DNA of 64,000 bases, from NCBI RefSeq assembly GCF_018350175.1, contig NC_058368.1:4588001-4652000 (forward strand). Reading direction: 5' to 3'. The translations under genes and the position numbers were made by a program. The stretch comes from Felis catus. Lineage: Eukaryota. The notes below the pieces were generated by a model, which saw only the letters and a program-made list of their open reading frames with translations, did no database searches and was not told the DNA's origin. Below, piece by piece: positions 49,947 to 61,337 of the stretch. Position 1 is the first letter of the stretch. The number at the start of each line of letters is the position of its first letter.

Positions 49947-50170
49947 GGGGCGCCTGGGTGGCGCAGTCGGTTAAGCGTCCGACTTCAGCCAGGTCACGAT
50001 CTCGCGGTCCGGGAGTTCGAGCCCCGCGTCGGGCTCTGGGCTGATGGCTCAGAGCCTGGAGCCTGTTTCCGATTCTGTGTCTCCCTCTCTCTCTCTGCCC
50101 CTCCCCCGTTCATGCTCTGTCTCTCTCTGTCTCAAAAATAAATAAACATTAAAAAAAATTTTTTTTTAAA
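49947..50170 (+). mobile_element. Young CAN-SINE inserted into the tail of the preceding SINE
   Basis: aaataaataaaaacat duplicated on both sides. Confidence 0.93.
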
Positions 50171-50496
50171 AATAAATAAATAAATAAAAACATTTTTTAA
50201 AATTTTAAATTCAAATTAGAGTGTTATCACTTCATGATGTTAAATGTAATCCCTATGGTAACCACACACACACACAAAATAGCTACAGAATATACACAAA
50301 AGGAAATGTGAAAAGCATTTAAACATTTCACTACAAAAATTCAACTATATTCAAAAGAAGACAATAATCAAGGAAGTGAGGGACAAAAAAATGCTATAAG
50401 GCATATAGAAAACAAACAGCTCAATGCTTAGGTCCTTACTTAGTAATTATTTTAAACGTAAATGTGCTAAATTCTCCAATCCAAAGACTGAGATCA

Positions 50497-50700
50497 GGGG
50501 TGCCTGGATGACTCAGTGAGTTAAGCCTCTGACTTTGGCTCAGGTCATGACCTCATGGTTCATGGGTTTGAACCCCGCATCAGGCTCTCTGCTGTCAGCA
50601 CAGGGCCCACTTTGGTTCCTCTGTCCCCCTCTCTCTCTGCTCCTCTCCCACTCACGCTGTCTCACACACTCTCTCTCTCAAAAATAAAACATTAAAGAAA
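50497..50700 (+). mobile_element. CAN-SINE in L1
   Basis: TSD aaagactgagat. Confidence 0.92.
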
Positions 50701-50899
50701 AAAGACTGAGATTGGCACAAAAGATAAAAACACATAATCAAGTAACTATATGCTATCTACAAGAGACTCACTTTATATCCAAAGACACAGACTGAAAGTG
50801 AAAGAATGGGAAAAGATATTCCATGCAAATAGTAACTAAGAGAACAGGGTTGGTTATACTAACGTCAGACATAATAGACTTGAAATATATGAATGTCAC

Positions 50900-51022
50900 G
50901 GGCACCTGGGTGGCTCAGTTGGCTAAGCATTCAACTCAATTTCAGCTCAGGTCATGATCTCACAGTTTGTGAGTTCGAGCCCTACATCAGGGTCCACACT
51001 GACAATGTGAAGCCTGCCTGAG

Positions 51023-51072
<50 letters not shown>

Positions 51073-51125
51073 CAACCCCCACTCAGGAACTTGCTCTCAC
51101 ACATACACACTCTCTCTCTTAAATT
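50900..51125 (+). mobile_element. CAN-SINE in L1 with an expanded (CT)n tract
   Basis: (CT) more than 20 times at about 51025-51068. Confidence 0.9.
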
Positions 51126-51269
51126 TACTCAAAACATATAAATATGTGAAGGTTACAAGAAACAAAGGACATCATATATTAATAAAACATTCAATACAGC
51201 AAGAAGATACAACAATTATAAACATTTACACACTTAATGACAGACCATCAAAACGTATGAAGGAAGCAA

Positions 51270-51917
51270 ACATAAACTACTGAGACTTCATCAAAGCAAA
51301 ACACTTCTGCCCAGCAAAGAAAACTATCAAAACTAAAAGACAACTTACTGAATGGGAGAAGATATTTGCAAATGATATATCTGATAGAGTTAGTATCCAA
51401 AATATATAAAGAACTTATACAACTCAACACCAAAAGCACAAATGATCCAATAAAAAAAAAAATGGGCAGAAGACAGGAACAGACATTTCTCCAAAGAAGA
51501 CAGGCAGGTGGCCATCAGACACATAAAAACATGCTCAATATCACTCATCAGCAGAGAAATGACATCAACAGCACAGTGACATAACACCTCACACCTGTCA
51601 GAATGGCTAAAATCTAAAACTCAAGACACAGTAAGTGTTGGCAAGGAAGTGGAGAAAAATGAACCCTTGTGCACTGTTGGTGGGAATGCAAACTGGTGCA
51701 GCCGCTGTGCAGAACAGTATGGAGGTTCCTGAAAAAATTAAAAATAGAATTACCACATGATCCAGCAATTCCACTACTGGATATATACCCAAAGAATACG
51801 AAAATACTAACACAAAAGGTATGTGGACCCCCAGGTTTACTGCAGCACTATTTACAACAGCCAAATGATGGAAGCAGCCCAAGTGTCCGTAGATAGATGA
51901 ATGGATAAAGAAGAAGT

Positions 51918-52005
<88 letters not shown>

Positions 52006-52390
52006 GAAATATTATTCAGCAGGAAAAAAAAAAAAGAATGAAACCCTGCCATTTACAACAGCACAGATAGATCTAGAGAGTATAATGCTAAGAGAACTAA
52101 GTCAGAGGAAGACAAATTCCATATGATTTCACTCATGGGTAATTTAAGAGACAAAACAAACAAAGAAAAAAGGAAGAGACAAACCAAAAAACCGACTCTT
52201 ACCTATAGAGAACGAATTGATGATTACCAGAGGGGAGGTGCAGGGGGAGGGGGGTGAAATACGTGATGGGGCTTAAGAGCACACTTATCACGATGAGCAC
52301 TGAGTAATAGACAGAGTTGTTGAATCATTATATTGTACGCCTGAAACTAATATCACACTGTATGTTAATCACTCTGGACTGAAAAAAGTA
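51270..52390 (+). mobile_element. Carnivore-type L1 3' fragment nested in the inner L1
   Basis: gacttcatcaaagcaaaacacttctgc..tgcactgttggtgggaatgcaaactggtgcagcc..aattaccacatgatccagcaattcc..gatgagcactgagtaat..gttgaatcattatattgtacgcctgaaactaatat. Confidence 0.88.
51921..52002. repeat. Compound (TA)n(CA)n microsatellite
   Basis: atatatat...acacacac. Confidence 0.92.
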
Positions 52391-52952
52391 ATTTTGGTAA
52401 TTTGAAATCACAAAACAAACATATACATATATAGACACACACACACACATACACCCATATACACATATAATATACATATGAAAGAGAAACTGCCAGAATT
52501 GGAGAGAGAGACACAGTTTCACAATAATAGTCGAAGACTTCAATACCCCACTCACTGCAATGCGCAGAACAACCAGAAACGAGGAAACAGAATTTAAACA
52601 CCACAGTAAACCAACTAGATATGACAGACATAAAACACTTCCTCCAACAACAGCAGACACATTCTTCTCAAGGGCACACGGGACATTTTCCAGGACAGAC
52701 TGAATGGTAGGTCATAAATTAAGTCTCAACGGATTTAAAAAGATAGCTTTCGTACAAAATATCTTCTCTGAACACAACCAGACGAAGTTAGAAATTATTC
52801 AGCAATTCCACTCATACACCCGAAAGAACTGAAAGCAAGGTTTCAAAGGGACATTTGTACACCCACGCTCGTAGCGGCATTATTCACAGTAGTCAAAGGT
52901 GGACGTAACCCAAATGTCCATCGATGGAAAAATGCACGAAGAAAATGTGGCA

Positions 52953-53175
52953 GGGGCACCTGGGTGGCTCAGTTAAGCTTCCGACTTCGGCTCCGGTCGT
53001 GATCTCGCAGTTGGTGGTTCGAGCCCCGCGTCGGGTTCCGTGCTGACAGCTCAGAGCCTGGAGCCTGCTTGGGATTCTGGGTCTCCTCCTCTCTCTGCCC
53101 CTCCCCTGCTCATTCTCTCTCTCTGTCTCTCTCTCTCCCCTTCTCAAAAATGAATAAACATTTAAAAAATTAAAA
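52953..53175 (+). mobile_element. CAN-SINE in L1
   Basis: TSD aagaaaatgtggc. Confidence 0.92.
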
Positions 53176-53234
53176 AAGAAAATGTGGCCTATACATACCA
53201 TGGCATAGTAGTCTTAAAAAGGAAGGAAATTTCA

Positions 53235-53465
53235 GGGGTGCCTGGGTGGCTCAGTCGGTTAAGCACCCAACCTCAGCTCAGGTCATGATGTCATGGTTAT
53301 TGAGTTCGAGCCCCGCGTCGGGCTCTGTGCTGACAGCCTGGAGCCTGTTTCAGATTCTGTGTCTTCCTCTCTCTCTGCCCCTCCCCTGTTCATGCTCTGT
53401 CTCTCTCTGTCTCAAAAATAAATAAACGTTAAAAATTTTTCAAACAAATAAAATAAATAAAAATA
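53235..53465 (+). mobile_element. CAN-SINE in L1, no TSD
   Basis: Flanks are aggaaggaaatttca and cggctaagatgg, which are not duplicated. Confidence 0.92.
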
Positions 53466-53519
53466 AAACGGCTAAGATGGAACATTTTGATATGTGAACT
53501 TCATCACAACTTTTAACAA

Positions 53520-54172
53520 TACACACAGGTGCTGGTGAGGAAGGGGAGAGGCTGGAATCCTCCTACGTTGCTGGGAAGAAATGATGCCGCCTCCGGGCAA
53601 GGGTCTGATGGTTCCTCAAGAGGTCCATGGGGTTGCCACACATCCAAGCAACGTCAGGTGCAGGTGTACACGCACAGGAAAGAAAAACCTAGGTCCACGC
53701 AGACACATGGACACAGATGTTCAGAGCAGCGCCACCCACGAGAGCCAAGACGTATAGACCCCAATCGGGCATAAGCTAGTGAGTAAACGCAACGTGGTCT
53801 ATACGTGAGATGGAATCTCGTTCGCCACCGAAGAGAAACGAATCAGCTACACGCGAACACGCACAAACCCTGAGATGCGATGCAGGGTGAAAAAAGCTAA
53901 CACAAAAGGCCACATAGTGTAGGATTCCTTTTATGTGAAGTGTCTAGAAAAGGCAAATCTGTAGTGACAGAGTTTACAGGAGTCACTGCCCAGTCCTGGG
54001 AGTCTGGGGGGAAATGGGGTACAGCCCTCCTTTCTGGGGTGATGACAAGATTCTGAAATGGACCGTCTGCAATATTCGGACATGTGACTCTGTGACTATA
54101 TTGAAAACAAGTGAATGTTAAACTTTGAATGAACTGCGCGGGATGCCAATCATATTTCAATAAAACTGTTTT
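53520..54172 (+). mobile_element. Outer old L1 3' part (continuation of 45472-47570)
   Basis: ggtgctggtgaggaaggggagaggctggaatcctcctacgttgctggg..aaaaggccacatagtgtaggattccttttatgtgaagtgtctagaaaaggcaaatct..tatttcaataaaactgtttt. Confidence 0.8.
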
Positions 54173-54179
54173 ACATGAC

Positions 54180-54462
54180 TTCACTCACCCGAGGACGTTA
54201 AGAGACAAAGCAGAAGAACATAAGTGAAACAAAAATAATATCAAAACAGGAAGGGGGACAAAAGAGAAGAGACTCTTAAATATGGACAACAAACAGAGGG
54301 TGGCTGGAGGGGTTGCGCGGGGCGGGGGGGGGGGGGGCTGGGCTAAATGGGGAAGGGGCGCTAAGGAATCTACTCCTGAAATCATTGTGGCACTAGATGC
54401 TAACTAATTTGGATGTAAATTTAAAAAAAAATTGTATAAAATAAAATAAAATAAAATAAAAA
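54180..54462 (+). mobile_element. Felid/carnivore L1 3' terminal fragment
   Basis: gagactcttaaatatggacaacaaacagagggtggctggagggg..taaggaatctactcctgaaatcattgtggcactagatgctaactaatttggatg followed by an A-rich tail. Confidence 0.88.
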
Positions 54463-54823
54463 TTAAACTTTTTTAAAAGGAGGCTAGTTGCTCTGCTGTG
54501 GTGTCAGTTCATTCTTCATCTGGACAAAAGGTAGTAACACAGGAAAGGTACAGTCATCTCAGCTCAGCCATCAGGCAGAACGCATCTGCTTGGGTCAGAA
54601 GTGAAACTTCCGGGTCCTCAATATGCGCATATTATTTATATGGATGATAATGCCTCCCTAGCAATGCCTGGCACACAGTAAGCTCATTTATTATGGCACT
54701 TGTTATTAGCAGTACTTTTAATAATTGTGTGATAGTAACATCATAATCGTATAGGAAAAACAGCTCTTACTATAAGAAGGCACATGTATGTTCCTCACAA
54801 GTATCAAAGTGATCTCTAGTTCA

Positions 54824-55033
54824 GGGCGCCTGGGTGGCTCAGTCGCTTAAGCGCTGGACTTTGGCTCAGGTCATGATCTCACAGTTCGTGGGTTCGAGCC
54901 CTGCATCGGGCTCTGTGCGGCCAGCTCAGAGCTTGGAGCCTGCTTCAGATTCTGTCTCTTTCTCTCTCTGCCCCTCCCCTGCTCGCGCTCTGTCTCTCTC
55001 TCAAAAATAAACACAAAAAACATTTTTAAAAAA
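54824..55033 (+). mobile_element. CAN-SINE
   Basis: SINE body preceded by gatctctagttc. Confidence 0.92.
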
Positions 55034-55042
55034 AGATCTCTA

Positions 55043-55273
55043 GGGGCGCCCAGGTGGCTCACTCTGTTGAGTGTCCTACTTCGGCTCAGGTCGTGATCTC
55101 GAAGTCCGTGAGTTCGAGCCCCACGTCGGGCCCTGTGCCGACAGCTCGGAGCCTGGAGCCTGTTTCCGATTCTCTGTCTCCCTCTCTCTCTGCCCCTCCC
55201 CCGCTCATGCTCTGTCTCTCTCACTCTCAAAAACGAATAAATGTTAAAAAAAAAAAAAATTAAAAAAAAAAAA
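55043..55273 (+). mobile_element. CAN-SINE inserted at the 3' flank of the previous SINE
   Basis: aaaagatctcta on both sides. Confidence 0.92.
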
Positions 55274-55399
55274 AGATCTCTATTCGTGGCGCCCATAAAG
55301 CAGTTCAATAATTCAATAAACATGATTGTTCACTGCTGTTAATTCAATTTTTTAAGAGCATGTTCGGGTGGCAAAGCACTGGCTTTGGGTTGAATTTTA

Positions 55400-55652
55400 T
55401 AGTGCCCTTACCCTGTTTGGCCTACACAGGGAATTTTTTAAAATGTGAATTCATTTGCAATATTTAAGAAGAGAGAGATTTCACTCAAAAATGCAGATTT
55501 CTAGATTCTCTCGGGAACAGGCGGGTTTGCTAACAATGGGCCGTGTTCCTTTCCGGACCCTATCATTTGGACCTAGGAGGTCTCCCTCCAAACTGCATAG
55601 CTCCTCTGCTACCTGCCTGGCCCAAAGAGCACAAGCATTTGCAACATCTGGG
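55400..55652. mobile_element. MER102-like (hAT-Charlie) fragment
   Basis: gagatttcactcaaaaatgcagatttctagattctctc..aacaatgggcc..cctgcctggccc..atttgcaacatctg resembles the MER102 family as I recall it. Confidence 0.55.
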
Positions 55653-56104
55653 CTGTCGCAAACTGGAGACTTGGAGATAAATCAGCCATAGCTGTCAATC
55701 TTCCGGAGCTCACAGACTAGCATGTTACGATGAAAACAGCCATAATAAATATCTGGGGTCACTTAATATCAGCCAGATCCATTTTACAGAAAAGGAAACA
55801 ATTTTATAGAAAGGGACACAAGCCTCAAAGAAGTGACATGATTTACCTAAGGGAAACCGTATCAGCCAGACTAATACGTCCAAATTATTATGAAAGTATC
55901 TGAACCCTTATGTAAATATCTCTAAGCATTTAACGTAACAGTTAAAAGTAATGGTGAATCGGGGAAGTTATGTTCATGACCACCATGCTTTGATTAACTA
56001 AGAAATAACAAACAAGTTAAACGGACAAATAACCCGTTCAACTTCTTTTTACACAAGGAGGAAAGGAGGCACGTTAATAAAATGATACAAAATGAAGCAT
56101 GAGT

Positions 56105-56340
56105 GGGGCGCCTGGGTGGCTCAGTCTGTTAAAGCGTCCGACTTCGGCTCGGGTCATGATCTTGCAGTTTGTGAGTTCGAGCCCCGCATCGGGCTCTGTG
56201 CCGACAGCTCAGAGCCTGGAGCCTGCTTCAGATTCTGTCTCTCTCTCTCTCTCTCTCTGTTCCTCCCCCACTCACACTCTGCCTCTCTCTCCTTCAAAAA
56301 TGAATAAACATTAAAAAACGTTAAAAAAAAAAACAAAAAA
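56105..56340 (+). mobile_element. CAN-SINE with TSD
   Basis: aaaatgaagcatgag / aaaatgaagcacgag. Confidence 0.93.
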
Positions 56341-56950
56341 AATGAAGCACGAGCTTGTTATGTTACCAATTAATAGCTTATCAACCAAACACCTATCATT
56401 TATTCTGATATATGGAGCTTCTTTAGAAAATTACCAGACTCTATTTTCACAGAAAACACAGTAATTAGAGAGCCCCAAGGTGAGAGAGGGAAGACTGAGG
56501 ATCATTTCTAGGAATCACGCCAGGTTCCTGTGTGCTTAATCTGTCCTTGGACTGACCTGGCCCCATTAATCAAAGCAACTGGTTTTCTGGGAAAATAACA
56601 TGTTTTCGTGATCGGGAAAACAGATATTAAAGGGAAACTATGATGTCATGGGGGGAAAAAAAGGCAAAGACTATGAATAAATTTAGCTGTATTTTCTCAT
56701 TTTCTGTGGTGTTCCATGAAAAGTAAGAGACCAAGGTCTTTGTTGCCTTCTGTAATTGTACCTGGTTAAACAGGTTGAACGAATAGGTGTTTACAAAATG
56801 ACATGAAGTCACTTCAGTACTGACACCGATACTAGATGTTTGCATTTAAGTTCAACACGACTTACACAGATATTCTTCATAAATTTGAGTTACTAAAAAT
56901 AAAAAAACGATGTAAATAAATTTTTCCATTATACATGGAAGCTTCTATTT

Positions 56951-57152
56951 TTTTTTAAGTTTATTCATTTATTTGGCGGGGGAGGGGGGGGACAAGGAGG
57001 GGCAGAGAGAGGAAGAGAGAGTGAATCCCATGCAGGCTCCGCACGGTCAACTCAGAGCCTGACGTGGGGCTCGAGCCCACAAACCTGGAGATCATGACCA
57101 GAGCCGAAGTCAAGAGTTGGAGGCTCAACCAACTGAGCCACCCTGGGGCCCC
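56951..57152 (-). mobile_element. CAN-SINE with TSD
   Basis: tggaagcttctattt at 56936 and 57153. Confidence 0.92.
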
Positions 57153-59929
57153 TGGAAGCTTCTATTTCTTAAGAAATAAAACACAAAGATAAATACGAAG
57201 TTCAAGAAATTTATATCTGGCCTCTATCTTTACATCAGGCTTAAGAGAAAAGTACACCAGGGGCTCAGCAAACCCTGCCCCCTTGAACCCACCTCAGTGC
57301 CTGGCACACAGGTAACATGCAAGAAATACCAGGTTTTCAATTAAAGTGACTATGTAACCATGTACTAAAACATACTTTTCCTGCAAAGCATTTTTAATAT
57401 TATTTTTCAAGTTTAGGTTGTAGCATGTGAAACCAAAATAATCAAGGCTGAATTTACTCTTACATTCCCTAGAAATCAGTCTTAGCCATTGGGATTTCTG
57501 GGTTTTCCTTCTGTGGGAGAATAAAGGATACTTAAGTCCATGCTTCTCTAATTTATTTTTATATCCTCAGGGACTAGCACCATCTCCGGAATAGAGGAAT
57601 TACTCAGAAAATGTCTTAGAATAAATTAGTAATCTAGCTTTTTATAGCAATGATCCTTTCTCTGCTCTGGATCTAATGAAAGTAGTGATTAAGTAAGCAC
57701 TCTAAACAATAAGTTAGTTAACTCATAAATACTCCTCAACAAGAAGCAATCCAAGCAAACTTGAAATAAACCCTTTTCTTTCAGTCCTGGGTGACAGCTT
57801 TAGCTGCCTTACCTCTGATTTTCAGATCAAGCTTGGTTTTCGTTAAGACTTTCTAATTCTAAACAATGGTTGGATGAAATGGCCCTCTGGTAACTTACAT
57901 TTGCAACAGCGAAGAGAAACCCTCCTCTCTCCTTGAATGGTAGTCAGGGTTACCTTAAATTGGCAGTATAGACTCGGTCTCCTTATTTTTGCCCGACCAC
58001 ATGACTTCAAATCCTCTGCTGTCTAGTTCTCATTCCCCTTCCGTTACCAGGGAAAAAAAGAAAGAAGGAAAGAAAACAGAAACAAAAAACAACCACTACC
58101 AATGCCACCACAACACTTCATTTCAGGAGTAACAGCATCAAATCAACAGGATGAGACATTTAGAGTGTCCTCCACCTACAACAGCAGAGTATATATTCTG
58201 TCCAAGACTACCTGGAACGTATATGAAGACGGACAATATTCTGGGCAGTAAAGCAATCCTCAAAACAACTGTAAAAACTAGAATCATATAGAATGTAGCC
58301 TCCAAACAAAACGGAATGAAGTACGAATCACTAACAGAAAGATGCCAGGAACATCTCCAACCATTTGTAAAGTAAACAATATGCAGGTAAATAATCCACA
58401 GGTCAAGGAGGAAGTCAAAGGGAAATTTTAAAAAATACATTTAACTGAATGAAAATGAAAATGAAACATATCATTGTAGGACACACCTAAAGCAGTGCTC
58501 TAAGGGAAATCTATAGCATGAAATGAACACATTAAAAAAAGAAGAAACTTCTAAAGTCAGTAATGTAAACTCCCATCTCAAGTTAAGCCCAATAAAAGCA
58601 GAAGAAAGAAAATAATGAAGGTAAGACAGGTAAAAAGAAATTGAAAACAGAAAAACGGAGAAAATCAATTAGACCAAGAGCTGGTTCTTTTTAGAATATT
58701 ACTAAAATTTACAAATCTCTAACAAGACTGACAAAACAAAAAAAAGATGGTGACACAATATACCAACATTAGTAATGAAACAAGATATGACTATAGACCC
58801 ACCCCCAGACATCAAAAGGACAATAATGGAATATTATAAACAACTCTGTACCCATAAATTTGGCAATTTAGACAAAATGGACCATTTGTTCAAAAAATAC
58901 AAACCAAAATTCACACAATATGAGATAAGTAACTTCAATAGCCCTTACCCATAAAGGAAACTGAATTTGCAATTTCAAAATTACCAAAAAAGAAATCTCC
59001 AGGCTCAGACAGTCTCACTGACTCTACCAAATGTTTAAGAAAGAATTAACCCCAATTCTACACAATTTCTTCCAGGAAATAGAAGAGGAGGAAACACTTC
59101 TCTACTCTACAGGAAATAGAAGAGGAGGAAATACTGTTTCATGAAGTTATTATTACCCTGAAACCAACACCAGATAAAGATAGTACCCCTCCCCACAAAA
59201 AAAAAAAACACAACTACAGACCAATATCCCTCATGAATACGGACACAAGAATGATTAAAAAAATAGAACTCAGCAATATATAAAAATAATTATGCACATA
59301 AACAAGCGGGGCTTATATGCATTTGGGTTTATTCCAGGAATCCAGGAGTTTTTCAATATTTGCAAATTAAGCAACATACTTCACCATATCAGCGAGCTAA
59401 AAAAAAAAAATCACATGATTACATCAACTGATACAGAAAAAGCATATGGTAAAATTCAACACCCATTATGATTTAAAAAATCCCAAAACACAGGAATAGA
59501 GGGAAACTTCTTCAAGTTGATAAAGAGCATCAAACAGAAACCTACAGCTAACGGTGAAAGACAGAATGCCTTTCTCCTGGGATCAGAAACAAGAGGCTAG
59601 GGCTCTGACCACTCTTGTTCAGCACAACGCGAGAAGTTCTACCCGGCGCAGTAAGGAAAGAAAAGGAAATAAATGGCATGTACGTAGACTGGAAAAGCAG
59701 ATATTAAACCATCTGTGTTTGCAGATGACACAACGGTCTTCATAGACATATTCCCAACGGTTCCTTGGGATCCCAAGGAATCTACCAAAAAGTTCCTAGA
59801 ACTAATGGATGAGCTCTGTAAGGTTGCAGGATACCATACACCAGAGGCTGCAGGATAAATACACCAACACACCAAACCTATATACTAGCAATGAACACAT
59901 GGACATCGAAAGAAAAAATACAGTACCAT

Positions 59930-60255
59930 TATGGACCTTAAAGGTATTAGGCTAGGTGAAATAAGTCAGAGAAAGGCAAACACCATATGATTTGCCTCAC
60001 ACGTGAAGTCTAACAACAACAAAATGAACAAACAAAACAAAAACAAACACATAGAAACGCAGAACAGTTTGGTGGTTACCACAAGGAAAGGGGGTTGGGG
60101 GGGCGCAAAATGGGTGAAGGAGGTCAAATGTATGGTGATGGATGGTACTAGACTTTTCGCAGCGATCACTTGGTAGTGCATACAGATGTCCAACTATAAT
60201 GTCGTACACTTGAAACTTACGGAATATTATACACTAATTTTATCTCAATAAAAAA
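59930..60255 (+). mobile_element. L1 3' fragment nested in the 58-61.7 kb L1
   Basis: atggaccttaaaggtattaggctaggtgaaataagtcagag..gtacacttgaaactta..tctcaataaaaa; degenerate TSD aaaaatacagtaccatt / aaaaacacgatactatt. Confidence 0.82.
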
Positions 60256-61107
60256 CACGATACTATTTACAATCACTCAAAAAGCGAAGTACTTAGGTAT
60301 AAATCTAAATCACGAATAGGAATTACACGCTGAAGACTACATATGATGATGAAATTAATGGAAAGACACACTGTGATTACTGATTGAAAGACTCAACACT
60401 AAAGATGCTGATTCTCCCAAAATTGCAGCAAGATTTTTTGTAGATATGAGATTATTCTAAAATTTATATAGAAAGGAAAAGGAGCTAGGATAGCTAAGAC
60501 AATTTTGAAAAAGAATACAGCGAGAGGAATCAGACCATCCAATTTCGAAACTCATAGCTATATGAATCAAGACTGATACCAGCTGAGGTATAGACAATAG
60601 CTCAGTGGGACGGAAAAGAGAACTCAGAGAAGGACCTACACAAATATGCCCAGTGATTTTTGATAAAGGTGCAAAGCAACTGAATGGAAGAGAGGGAGTC
60701 TTTTCAACAAAAAAGTGCTAGACCAATTAGACATCCACAGACAGGGGGAAAGAAACAGAAAAGGAACAAACAAAAAAACACCAAAATCATGACGTAAATC
60801 CATACCCTACACAAAAACTCAAAAGAAGCATAAACTTAAATTTAAAATGTAAAACCATAAAACTAAAAAAAAAAAAGAAGACGAAGAAGAAGAAGAAGAA
60901 AATCTTTAGGATCTAGGGCCAGGCAAAGAGTTGTTATTCTTAGGCTTGACAGGAAAAGCATGACCCGTAAAAGGGAAAACAAATCAAGAAATTAGACCTC
61001 ATCAAAATAAAAACTTTTGTTCTGCAAAGGACCTGGTCAAAAGCTAACAGGGCAAACAAGTCAGAGAACATATTTGCAAGCCACGTGTCTAAAGAAGGAC
61101 TGGTATC

Positions 61108-61337
61108 GGGGCGCCTGGGTGGCGCAGTCGGTTAAGCGTCCGACTTCAGCCAGGTCATGATCTCGCAGTCCGTGAGTTCGAGCCCTGCGTCAGGCTCTAG
61201 GCTGATGGCTCAGAGCCTGGAGCCTGCTTCCGATTCTGTGTCTCCCTCTCTCTCTGCCCCTCCCCTGTTCATGCTCTGTCTCTCTCTGTCCCAAAAATAA
61301 ATAAACATTGAAAAAAAAATTAAAAAAAAAAAAAAAA
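61108..61337 (+). mobile_element. Young CAN-SINE with a perfect 17-bp TSD
   Basis: aaagaaggactggtatc at 61091-61107 and 61338-61354; long pure A tail. Confidence 0.95.

Larger units (their letters stand above)
47573..53518 (+). mobile_element. Inner old L1 nested in the outer L1: 5' UTR, decayed ORF1, ORF2 endonuclease region, internal deletion, then 3' end
   Basis: 5' end agaggattctgggaatatggtggaataggaagc; ORF1-like gggacaccatcaaatggaccaacatatgcctcatgggagtc..tgtcaaccaagaatcccatatccagc; EN-like aatgtgctaaattctccaatc, tgctatctacaagagactcac, gaagacttcaataccccactc; jump to the 3' region at about 52797; terminus gctaagatggaacattttgatatgtgaacttcatcacaac. Confidence 0.82.

Noticed and set aside
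47573..53518. Potentially active full-length L1
   Set aside because: ORF1 and ORF2 are broken by stops, frameshifts, multiple insertions and a large internal deletion.
59073..59135. 37-bp-period direct repeat caggaaatagaagaggaggaaa
   Set aside because: An ordinary slippage duplication within a decayed L1 ORF2.
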